Assembly (NCBI GenBank): GCA_965228895.1
Contig: OZ245842.1
Span: 1,728,001 to 1,792,000, forward strand
DNA length: 64,000 bases
Reading direction: 5' to 3'
Source: Alphaproteobacteria bacterium
GTDB lineage: Bacteria; Pseudomonadota; Alphaproteobacteria; SP197
In this document: positions 38,996 to 46,695 of the stretch, one piece after another
Position numbering within the stretch: position 1 is the stretch's first letter
How the letters are laid out: the number at the start of each line of letters is the position of its first letter
Notes under the pieces: generated by a model
The model's database searches: none
What the model was told of the DNA's origin: nothing
What the model saw: only the letters and a program-made list of their open reading frames with translations
Program-made: the position numbers and the translations under genes

Positions 38996-39042
38996 AATTT
39001 ACTCTGGTATGGCAGCGGTTGCGGCTGTTAGGGTCGCTGACG

Positions 39043-39729
39043 ATGGATGAACCGAGCGATACCGCCAGCAGACGGACACGCGGCCGGCCGCGCGCCGAGC
39101 CGAAGGCCGGCGACACGCCGACCGAGGAGCAGATCCTGGAAGCGGCCGGTGAAGTCTTTGCCGAGTTCGGTTTCGCCGGCGCCTCTACCCGAGAAATCGC
39201 GCGCCGGGCAGGTCTGCGGCAGCCGTCGCTCTACCACTACTTTCCCAACAAAGCGGCGATGCTGACCGCCCTGATCGAGCAGGCGGGCGAGGGGTCGCTC
39301 GCCATCTTCCGAAAGATCGATGCTCTGCAGGCACCGGCGGCGGTCAAGCTTTACCGTGCGACCTATCTGGAGTCGCGCATGCTGGCTGGATGGCCGGACT
39401 ACCTGAAAGTCGTGTGCCAGCTTCCCGAGCTTAGGCAGCCGCGTCACGTCCACTTCATTGAGATTCGCGACCGCATCATCGCTTGGTACCAGAAGACCAT
39501 CGCTGACGGCGTTGCCGCCAGCGAGTTCCGCACGGTCGATCCGCTGTTTGTCGGCTGGCTGATCAACGGCGCCAACGAGGCGATCTTCGATCAGGCGCCG
39601 ATCACGCCGCGCCTGGAGCCCGACGCCCACGCACGGGCCGTCGCAAGTTTCGTGCTGTGCGCGGTGATCGGCGATCCCCGCCAGTTCGATTCAATCGTGG
39701 TTGCCGCAGACCTGATGGGCGCCGACTAG
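39043..39729 (+). CDS. TetR/AcrR-family regulator
   Basis: GRPR, EQILEAA...STREIARRAGLRQPSLYHYFPNK. Confidence 0.92.
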   Translation: MDEPSDTASRRTRGRPRAEPKAGDTPTEEQILEAAGEVFAEFGFAGASTREIARRAGLRQPSLYHYFPNKAAMLTALIEQAGEGSLAIFRKIDALQAPAAVKLYRATYLESRMLAGWPDYLKVVCQLPELRQPRHVHFIEIRDRIIAWYQKTIADGVAASEFRTVDPLFVGWLINGANEAIFDQAPITPRLEPDAHARAVASFVLCAVIGDPRQFDSIVVAADLMGAD

Positions 39730-39738
39730 AAGTACCGC

Positions 39739-40071
39739 TCAGTAGCGGTGCTCGTCGCTGTCCTTGGCCATGATTTCGCGCACCTTGCGCTCTTCCCAGT
39801 CTTTCGACGTCCAGGGCAGGAAGCTGAAGGTGCTGGAGGCGTGGAAGGCGATCGCGATGCCCCAGCCCAGCAACACCCAATAGAACCAGACGCCGCCGCC
39901 GCTGAAGATGTCGATGAGAAACAGAATCGCGTTGACGACGAGGTAAACGGTCAGGTGGTGATAGAACCCCTTGATCTCTTCGACGCGTTTGCGCGCCCGT
40001 TTCTCGGCTTTGCGCAGCTGTTCGTCGGCTTCGCTTTCCGTTACGGCCGTTGCTGACGTCTCGTCGCTCAT
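39739..40071 (-). CDS. 2TM-domain small membrane protein
   Basis: ARKRVEEIKGFYHHLTVYLVVN...WFYWVLLGWGIAIAFHA...WEERKVREIM; GGAAGG RBS. Confidence 0.85.
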   Translation of the reverse strand: MSDETSATAVTESEADEQLRKAEKRARKRVEEIKGFYHHLTVYLVVNAILFLIDIFSGGGVWFYWVLLGWGIAIAFHASSTFSFLPWTSKDWEERKVREIMAKDSDEHRY

Positions 40072-40224
40072 AGACCTTCCCCTCGCTCTCCAATCTACCT
40101 AGCCGGCCGCCGGATCCTGCGCCGTGCCCGGGTCTGCAGACTCATGTGGTGACGACGGAAGCTCTGCCAAGGCCGGCCATCAATCCACAAAACTGTCGCC
40201 CGTCCTGTCGCCACAACGTTCCGG

Positions 40225-41076
40225 TCAAAGGTTCTTGAACTGCTGGTAGCCCGCAGGCAGGGGGATGCCGCGTTCCCGGGCTTCCTCATCCATTTCGTTG
40301 ACCAGGACGATCAACGCCTCTTCATAGGTGTCGACGATGTCGTCTCTGGCGATAGCGACGCGTTCGACACCCAGGCCACCTTCGACGGGGCCGCCGCCTT
40401 CCGGCGGTATCGAAACCTCGCCCAGTTCCAGATACCCGACGAGCGGGTAGTGGTGTTCCGATTCCAGCGGTGTGCCGGGCAGCGGATAGTGGAACGACAC
40501 CGTCGGCATGCCGGGTGCATGGGGATGCTCCGGCGGACGGAAATAGCCGGAGCCATCGCCTGACGCGACGGCTTCCTCCCATGGCCGGATCACCACCTGA
40601 TGGGGCCCGATGTCGAAGTCGTCGAGGTAGAGGCGCATGGGCTCGAACCGGTCGGTCGAGACCAGCACCAGCCGGTGCGGGTTGAGGCCGGATCCGTTGA
40701 CCAGGAAATCGAGCACCTGATGGAACACCTCGCCGGGATAGGCCGGGCGGGCGTTGTGGTAGCCGAGAATATGGAACCTGGGCAGCACGCCGACCTCGCC
40801 CCGGCGCGGAATGTCCTCAAGCCGTGCACACCCCTGCAGGCGGATGGTCTTGCCGCCGACGGCCGGTGACGGCAACTCGTCATAGCGGATGCCACCGTTG
40901 AAGTCGTAATCGGCGATCAGACCATGGGGCGGCAGCAACTCATAGCCCTTGCCCTCGAAATAGGTCACCGGCTCCGCCGCCGCGAAGATCTCTGCGGCAT
41001 GCGCGCTCTTGGTCAAGAGATACGGCGCGGCGACCGCAGCTGAGGCTTTAAGAAGGTCCCGTCGGCTTTGCGCCAT
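40225..41076 (-). CDS. Tat-signal protein homologous to the alanyl-tRNA synthetase catalytic core (stand-alone paralog)
   Basis: SRRDLLK plus AHA cleavage site; collinear AlaRS-like blocks YFEGKGY, FNGG, QGCAR..D, FHILG, GLNPHRL, YLELG, VEGGLGVERVA; no tRNA-binding or editing domains. Confidence 0.75.
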   Translation of the reverse strand: MAQSRRDLLKASAAVAAPYLLTKSAHAAEIFAAAEPVTYFEGKGYELLPPHGLIADYDFNGGIRYDELPSPAVGGKTIRLQGCARLEDIPRRGEVGVLPRFHILGYHNARPAYPGEVFHQVLDFLVNGSGLNPHRLVLVSTDRFEPMRLYLDDFDIGPHQVVIRPWEEAVASGDGSGYFRPPEHPHAPGMPTVSFHYPLPGTPLESEHHYPLVGYLELGEVSIPPEGGGPVEGGLGVERVAIARDDIVDTYEEALIVLVNEMDEEARERGIPLPAGYQQFKNL

Positions 41077-41120
41077 GGCGTTATCCCCGTCTGTTGCGTG
41101 AGGCCGTGCGTTCATTCGAA

Positions 41121-41148
41121 GACATAGCGCTCGACCTCACGTTGTCAA
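41121..41148 (-). promoter_or_regulatory. putative sigma70-type promoter for the AlaRS-like gene
   Basis: Minus strand TTGACA-N16-TATGTC about 45 bp upstream of ATG 41076. Confidence 0.45.
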
Positions 41149-41368
41149 CGCTGGCCCACGTGCTTCTCCAGCGTCTTTATGTGGCCTTGGAAGACACATG
41201 ATAGTAGCTTATCTTTCTTTTGAGAAAATCACGATAAGTCATTGTAGAAAAACAATAAAGTAGCCTTTCCTAAAGTGGGTTCTTCAGGGGGTCGCCATTG
41301 GGATTCGTCCCGGCGCAGCATGTTTGTTCGGTTGCGCAGGGCGCACCGAGGAAAACGAGGAGAAAGCC

Positions 41369-41710
41369 GTGCCCATTTCCCGCGATCTCGTCCTTTCGAA
41401 AGCAAGGCAGATCTTTCCGACTCACGACGAAACCGCGGTTTTGACGATGCTGCAGGCTTATGGGGCAGAACCCCATGAGGCCGATGATGAGAGGGTCTAC
41501 CTGGCGATCCTCAAGCTCTGCGACGAGGCAGGGGCGTCCGATCCTTCGCCCTATGTGACGCGCGCAAAGCGGGACCCCCGCGATGTGATCGCCTGGGCCG
41601 AGTATCCCAACCAGATGGCCTTTGGACCAACCGACGACCCGGTGAAGGCTGAAGAACTCAGGAAGAGCGACGACGACCAGTACCGTGCATGGCTGGCCAA
41701 GACACGCTGA
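41369..41710 (+). CDS. conserved hypothetical protein
   Basis: GAGGAG RBS + GTG; ERVYLAILKL...AKRDPRDVIAWAEYP...QYRAWL; GC-ending codons. Confidence 0.75.
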   Translation: MPISRDLVLSKARQIFPTHDETAVLTMLQAYGAEPHEADDERVYLAILKLCDEAGASDPSPYVTRAKRDPRDVIAWAEYPNQMAFGPTDDPVKAEELRKSDDDQYRAWLAKTR

Positions 41711-41748
41711 CCCTTGCTGTCCGAGCCAACGACGCTGGCGACAAAGGA

Positions 41749-41823
41749 TGGTGGGCGCGGCTGGGATTGAACCAGCGACCCCCGCCGTGTGAAGGCGATG
41801 CTCTCCCGCTGAGCTACGCGCCC
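41749..41823 (-). tRNA. tRNA-Val (anticodon CAC)
   Basis: Reverse complement GGGCGCGTAGCTCAGCGGGAGAGCATCGCCTTCACACGGCGGGGGTCGCTGGTTCAATCCCAGCCGCGCCCACCA: acceptor stem, D-loop, anticodon loop TTCACAC, GTTCAATC T-loop, encoded CCA. Confidence 0.97.
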
Positions 41824-41843
41824 ATCCAGTGGCCGGAAGCCGC

Positions 41844-41872
41844 ATATAGGGACCGGCCGCCGTGCCTGTCAA
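41844..41872 (-). promoter_or_regulatory. sigma70 promoter of tRNA-Val
   Basis: Minus strand TTGACA-N17-CTATAT, 20 bp upstream of the mature 5' end. Confidence 0.8.
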
Positions 41873-41979
41873 GCCGGGCTCCTGGCGCCGGTGGCGGCGA
41901 ACTCATGCCGGCAGTTTCCTGCCGCTTGTCTCCCCGGCCTGTGATCTAATCGGCCATCATCGCAGGAGGAGGGCTTGGT

Positions 41980-43662
41980 ATGGCGACGATGACCGGTGCG
42001 CGGTTCATGGCCGAGTTCCTGGAAAGGAGCGGCGTGACCCACGTTTTCTGGGTGCCCGCGGTCCTGGGCGGCTTGCTGCGTGAGCTCGAAACCTCCAACC
42101 GCGTCTCGCGCATCCTGGCCCACAGCGAAAAATCCGCCGTCTACATGGCCGACGGCTACGCGCGCGCCAGCGGCCGGCCGGGCGTGTGTTTCGCCCAGAA
42201 GATCGGCGCCGCCAACCTTGCCGCCGGTCTTAAGGATCCCTATCTCGCCTGCACGCCCATCGTGGCGCTCGCCGGCGGCGCGCGCGCGGAATACGAGAAC
42301 CGCCACGTCTATCAGCAGATCGACGACGCCACGGCTTTCCTGCCGGTGACCAAATCACAGGCCCATGTCGCGGTGGTCGAAGCGCTGCCCGAGGTGCTGC
42401 GCCAGGCGTTTCGCTCGGCGACCACGGGCACGCCGGGCCCGTGTCTCGTCGAAATGGCCGGCCACTTCGCCGAGGTCGAGATGGACACGGCGGCGCTGGA
42501 TGTGGTGGTCGAGGAGCGGTTCCAGCAGTTGCCGCCGTTCCGGCCCGTCGCCGAGCAGGGCGCCATGGCCGAGGCAGTCGATCGGCTCATCAAGGCAGAA
42601 CGGCCGGTCATCGTCGCCGGTGGCGGCGTCCGCGCGTCCGGCGCGGGCGTTGCACTGCTTGCCTTGGCCGAGCGGCTCAATATCCCGGTCGCGACGGCGA
42701 TGAACGCGAAGGACCAGATCCCCGGCGATCACCCGCTCAACGTCGGCGTACCCGGCACCTATTCGCGCCGCTCAGCGAACGAAACCTTGCTGGAAGCCGA
42801 TCTCGTGTTTTTTGTCGGCAGCCATACAGGCAGTCAGGTAACCGCCCACTGGCATCTGCCGCCGATGGGAACGCCGGTCATACAGCTCGACATCAACGGC
42901 GAGGAGCTTGGCCGTCACTATCCCAACGCGATCGCGCTGCAGGGTGATGCGCGCGCCAGTCTGGAGGTCATGCTGGATCTGGCGGGCGATGCCGATGGCA
43001 GCCACCATCAGCCCTGGGTCGACCGGGCAGCGGGTTTCGTTGCGGCGTGGCGCGACAGCATCGCCGCGCACATGGCATCCGACGCGACGCCCATCCGACC
43101 CGAGCGCCTGTGTGCCGAGCTCACCGCCTGGCTACCGGAGAACGCCATTCTGGTCTCCGACACCGGCCATTCGGGCATGTGGACCGCCGGCCATATCGAT
43201 CTGAACCACGCCGGCCAGTCCTATCTGCGCGCCGCCGGCTCGCTCGGCTGGAGTTTCCCCGCGGGCATCGGCGCGCAGCTTGCCTGCCCCGACCGTCCGG
43301 TGGTTGTTTTCACCGGCGACGGCGGCTTCTGGTATCACCTGACCGAGCTGGAGACGGCGGTGCGTTGGGACGTGCCGGTGATCACCGTGGTCAACAACAA
43401 CAGCATGCTGAGCCAGGGCGTCGACGAGGAAATGGCCGACCGTGGCGGCAAGCTCGAAGGCCGTTGGGGCGATGCGTGGGAGTTTACGCCGTCCAATTTT
43501 GCCGAGATCGCCAGGTCCATGGGCGCCGAAGGCATCCGGGTCGAGCAGCCCGGTGAAATACGTGCCGCGCTCGACGAGGCGCTCGCCATGCGCCGCCCCG
43601 TTGTCGTTGACGTGGTCGGCGATCCCTGGGCCCAGGCCGCCCACGCCTTTGTCGGTGAGTAA
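41980..43662 (+). CDS. thiamine-pyrophosphate-dependent enzyme (acetolactate synthase large subunit-like)
   Basis: AGGAGGAGG RBS; HSE..AVYMADGYARASG, GAANL, TPP motif GDGG...NNN. Confidence 0.9.
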   Translation: MATMTGARFMAEFLERSGVTHVFWVPAVLGGLLRELETSNRVSRILAHSEKSAVYMADGYARASGRPGVCFAQKIGAANLAAGLKDPYLACTPIVALAGGARAEYENRHVYQQIDDATAFLPVTKSQAHVAVVEALPEVLRQAFRSATTGTPGPCLVEMAGHFAEVEMDTAALDVVVEERFQQLPPFRPVAEQGAMAEAVDRLIKAERPVIVAGGGVRASGAGVALLALAERLNIPVATAMNAKDQIPGDHPLNVGVPGTYSRRSANETLLEADLVFFVGSHTGSQVTAHWHLPPMGTPVIQLDINGEELGRHYPNAIALQGDARASLEVMLDLAGDADGSHHQPWVDRAAGFVAAWRDSIAAHMASDATPIRPERLCAELTAWLPENAILVSDTGHSGMWTAGHIDLNHAGQSYLRAAGSLGWSFPAGIGAQLACPDRPVVVFTGDGGFWYHLTELETAVRWDVPVITVVNNNSMLSQGVDEEMADRGGKLEGRWGDAWEFTPSNFAEIARSMGAEGIRVEQPGEIRAALDEALAMRRPVVVDVVGDPWAQAAHAFVGE

Positions 43663-43682
43663 CCCTGCCAGATGGAGTACCC

Positions 43683-44330
43683 ATGCATTTTGATTGTCGC
43701 GCCATCGAACCGCGAGAGTGTTACAAGCTGTTGATCTCAACGGTCGTGCCGCGGCCGATCGCGTTCGTGACGACGGTGCGTGATGACGGACATGTCAACG
43801 CGGCGCCGTTCAGCTTCTTCAACGCTGTCGGTTTCGACCCGCCGGTTGTGGTCCTCGGCCTCGAGGCGCGTCCCGATGGCCGCTTGAAGGACACCGCGGC
43901 GAACATTCAGGTGAGCGGCGAATTCGTCGTCAACATCGTCGACGAAGCGTTGGCCCATCAGATGAACATCTCCGCCATCGACTTCGAGCCGGATGTCTCA
44001 GAACCGATGCAGGCCGGCCTCGACATGGTCGACAGCATCGGTATCCGTCCGCCGCGCATTGCGACAAGTCCGGTCAGTATGGAATGCGAAAAGCTCGTGA
44101 CCCTCGAGCTCAAGAACGCGCGCCACGTCGTCCTGGGCGAGGTGCTGCACTTCCACATCCGCGATGACATCGTCCTCGATTCCGAGCGGTTCCACATCGA
44201 TATCGACCGCCTGGCCGCGATCGGCCGCATGAACGCCAGCAGCTATACGCGAACCAGTGACCACTTCGACCTGCCACGTATTCATGTCGACCACTGGGAT
44301 ACCGACACGGCCTCGCGGCGCGAGAGATGA
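43683..44330 (+). CDS. flavin reductase family protein (FMN-binding split barrel)
   Basis: YKLL...VVPRPIAFVTT, NAAPFSFFN, KDTAANI...GEFVVN, MECE. Confidence 0.9.
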   Translation: MHFDCRAIEPRECYKLLISTVVPRPIAFVTTVRDDGHVNAAPFSFFNAVGFDPPVVVLGLEARPDGRLKDTAANIQVSGEFVVNIVDEALAHQMNISAIDFEPDVSEPMQAGLDMVDSIGIRPPRIATSPVSMECEKLVTLELKNARHVVLGEVLHFHIRDDIVLDSERFHIDIDRLAAIGRMNASSYTRTSDHFDLPRIHVDHWDTDTASRRER

Positions 44331-44331
44331 T

Positions 44332-46632
44332 TCAGCGCGCGCCTTCCGCCAGCGGCATGTCGTGGGCTTCGACCGGCGGCAGGTTGCCGTCATAGCGCTC
44401 GACCTCGACCAGTGCCGTGTTGCAGGCGGGGCCTTGCGATAGCGACGAACAACCGGCGTCATAGGTCAAGACGTTGGGATTGCCGTGACGTTCCAGAGCG
44501 TCCGGATTGCCGGGATCGTCGGCGTCGAACCAGGAACCCGTCGACATGACGACGACGCCCGGCATGACATTCTCGGTCAATTGCGCGCCGCCCAGGCAAC
44601 GTCCCCGCCCGTTGAAGACGTGCACGATGTCGCCATCGCTGATGCCTCTGAGCGCGGCGTCGTCGGGATGTATCAGCAGGGGTTCGCGGTCACGGATCTT
44701 GTGGCTGGCGCTGTGTTCGCCGCTGTCGAGTTGGCTGTGCAGTTTGTCGCGCGGCTGATCGGACAGCAGATGAAGAGGATGGCTGAGCGCTGCCTCGCCG
44801 CCGAGCCACTCACGGGGTTCGTACCATGTGGGATGACGTCCGCAATCGGGGTAACCGAAGCTGCCGATTGTCTCGCTGACCAGTTCGACCATGCCCGATG
44901 GGGTCGTCAGCGGGTTGGCGGCGGGGTCTTCGCGTAGGTCGGCGAGCGCATGATTACCCGTCGTCAGCGGTCCGACGCGCATCCAGCCACCAGCCCAGAA
45001 GCTGTCGAAGTCGGGTATCGCGACGCCGGCCTTCGTCGCGCTCTCGCGGGAGAGGTCGTAGAGATGGCGCACCCAGGCCATCTCGTCGCGGCCCTCGGTG
45101 AAAGCGTCGCCAAAGCCCATGCGCTCGGAGAGGTCGCGGAAAATCTCATGGTCCGAACGCGCTTCGCCAAAGGGCTCGCTCGCCTTGTGCATGGGTGCGG
45201 CAAAGCCGCCGTGCGCGCTGCCGGAAAAGTCGTTGCGCTCCAGTGTCGTCGTTGCCGGCAGCACGATATCGGCAAAGCGCGCCGTCGGCTGAAACCATGC
45301 ATCCTGGACGATGACCGTCTTGGGTTGACGGAACGCATGGGCAAGGCGGTGCAGGTCCTGATGGTGGTGGAATGGGTTGCCGCCGGCCCAATAGACAAGG
45401 CCGATCTCCGGGAACGTGATGTTCATACCGTTATAGGGGATCGTCGCGCCGGGATTGAGTAGCATGTCGGCGATCCGCGCGACCGGGATGAACCGGTCGA
45501 CGGGATTGCGGCCCTGCGGAAAGGCCGCCCAGCGGAACGGCAGGCGACCGGCGCCATGGTCGTTGAACGTGCCCAGGCCAAAGGCGATGCCGCCGCCGGG
45601 CAGGCCGAGTTGGCCCAGAAGCGCGGCAAGCGCGATCGCCATCCAGAACGGCTGCTCGCCATGGTCGGCCCGTTGCATTGCCCAAGTGATGGAGATCAGC
45701 GTGCGCCGGCCTTCCATTTCGCGCGCCAGCGCGATGATGGCGCTGGCCGAAACGCCGGTGATCGTGGCGGCCCAATCAGGATCCTTAGGCTGGCCGTCGC
45801 TCTCGCCCAGGACGTAGGCGATGAGCTCGTCGCCGCCGACACAGCATCGGTCGAGATAGGCTTTGTCATGCTTGTCGTCGGTGATCAGCACGTAGGCGAG
45901 CGCCAGCATCAACGCGACATCGGTGTTGGGACGGGGCGCCAACCAATGGGCGCCGAACGTCTCCTCGTCGTGGGACAACACCGGGCCGATCGAGATCGCC
46001 TGCATGCCGCCTTCGATGCAAGCGGCAAGCCCGGCCTTGTCGACGTGGGGGCCGGTGCCGCCGGGATCGACCATGGCGTTCTTGAACGGCAGACCGCCAA
46101 AGGCGACCAGCAGCTCCGTATGCTCTTTCATGGTCGGCCAGTCATAGCCGGTCGGCAGCATGCCGCCGCCCAGAACATGCGATACGATGACCTCGGCCGC
46201 CGCCGAGCTATAGGTGTTGACGTGGCGCACGAACCCGCCGGCGAGGTTCATGAACCGCTTGAGCTGGCTTTGCGCATGGTTGAAGCGCCCGGCGCTCGCC
46301 CAACCATAGGAACCGGCAAAGATGCCTTCGTTGCCCAGTTCGGCCTTGGTGCGGTTGATCGCGTCGACGACAAGACCGAGCGCGCGATCCCAACTGACGG
46401 GAACATAGGCGTCGCGGCCACGTCCCGAACCGTCGCACGCGCCCTCACTCTCCAGATAGCTGCTGCGCACCAGGGGCGTCGCGATCCGCGCGCGCTCGCC
46501 CAACATGTCTTTGAGCGTGTCGCCGATCAGCGGCGGGTCCGGATCGTCGGCGAGCGGCCGGATGACCGGCCCGTCCTCGCCGCTCTCGTGCTCGTAGTAA
46601 CCCCAGTGGGTCGCCGTGGTGCGTGTTGTCAT
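44332..46632 (-). CDS. molybdopterin oxidoreductase, BisC/TorZ/DMSO-reductase-like, cytoplasmic
   Basis: THWG start without signal peptide, AGSYGWASAGRF, NTYS (Ser ligand), QRADHGEQ, YWAGGNPFHHHQD, ADIVLPATT, LHSQLD, HGNPNVLT. Confidence 0.92.
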   Translation of the reverse strand: MTTRTTATHWGYYEHESGEDGPVIRPLADDPDPPLIGDTLKDMLGERARIATPLVRSSYLESEGACDGSGRGRDAYVPVSWDRALGLVVDAINRTKAELGNEGIFAGSYGWASAGRFNHAQSQLKRFMNLAGGFVRHVNTYSSAAAEVIVSHVLGGGMLPTGYDWPTMKEHTELLVAFGGLPFKNAMVDPGGTGPHVDKAGLAACIEGGMQAISIGPVLSHDEETFGAHWLAPRPNTDVALMLALAYVLITDDKHDKAYLDRCCVGGDELIAYVLGESDGQPKDPDWAATITGVSASAIIALAREMEGRRTLISITWAMQRADHGEQPFWMAIALAALLGQLGLPGGGIAFGLGTFNDHGAGRLPFRWAAFPQGRNPVDRFIPVARIADMLLNPGATIPYNGMNITFPEIGLVYWAGGNPFHHHQDLHRLAHAFRQPKTVIVQDAWFQPTARFADIVLPATTTLERNDFSGSAHGGFAAPMHKASEPFGEARSDHEIFRDLSERMGFGDAFTEGRDEMAWVRHLYDLSRESATKAGVAIPDFDSFWAGGWMRVGPLTTGNHALADLREDPAANPLTTPSGMVELVSETIGSFGYPDCGRHPTWYEPREWLGGEAALSHPLHLLSDQPRDKLHSQLDSGEHSASHKIRDREPLLIHPDDAALRGISDGDIVHVFNGRGRCLGGAQLTENVMPGVVVMSTGSWFDADDPGNPDALERHGNPNVLTYDAGCSSLSQGPACNTALVEVERYDGNLPPVEAHDMPLAEGAR

Positions 46633-46695
46633 AGCGGCGCGATCATGCCGAAGCCGCCCGGCCGGTACCAGGAAAAGCGAAAGGTGCGGGGAATA

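Noticed and set aside
41264-41300. att-like tRNA remnant (...CAGGGGGTCGCCA) after the AT-rich spacer
   Set aside because: It ends like a tRNA 3' end but lacks a T-loop, is on the opposite strand from tRNA-Val and does not match it; too weak to call.
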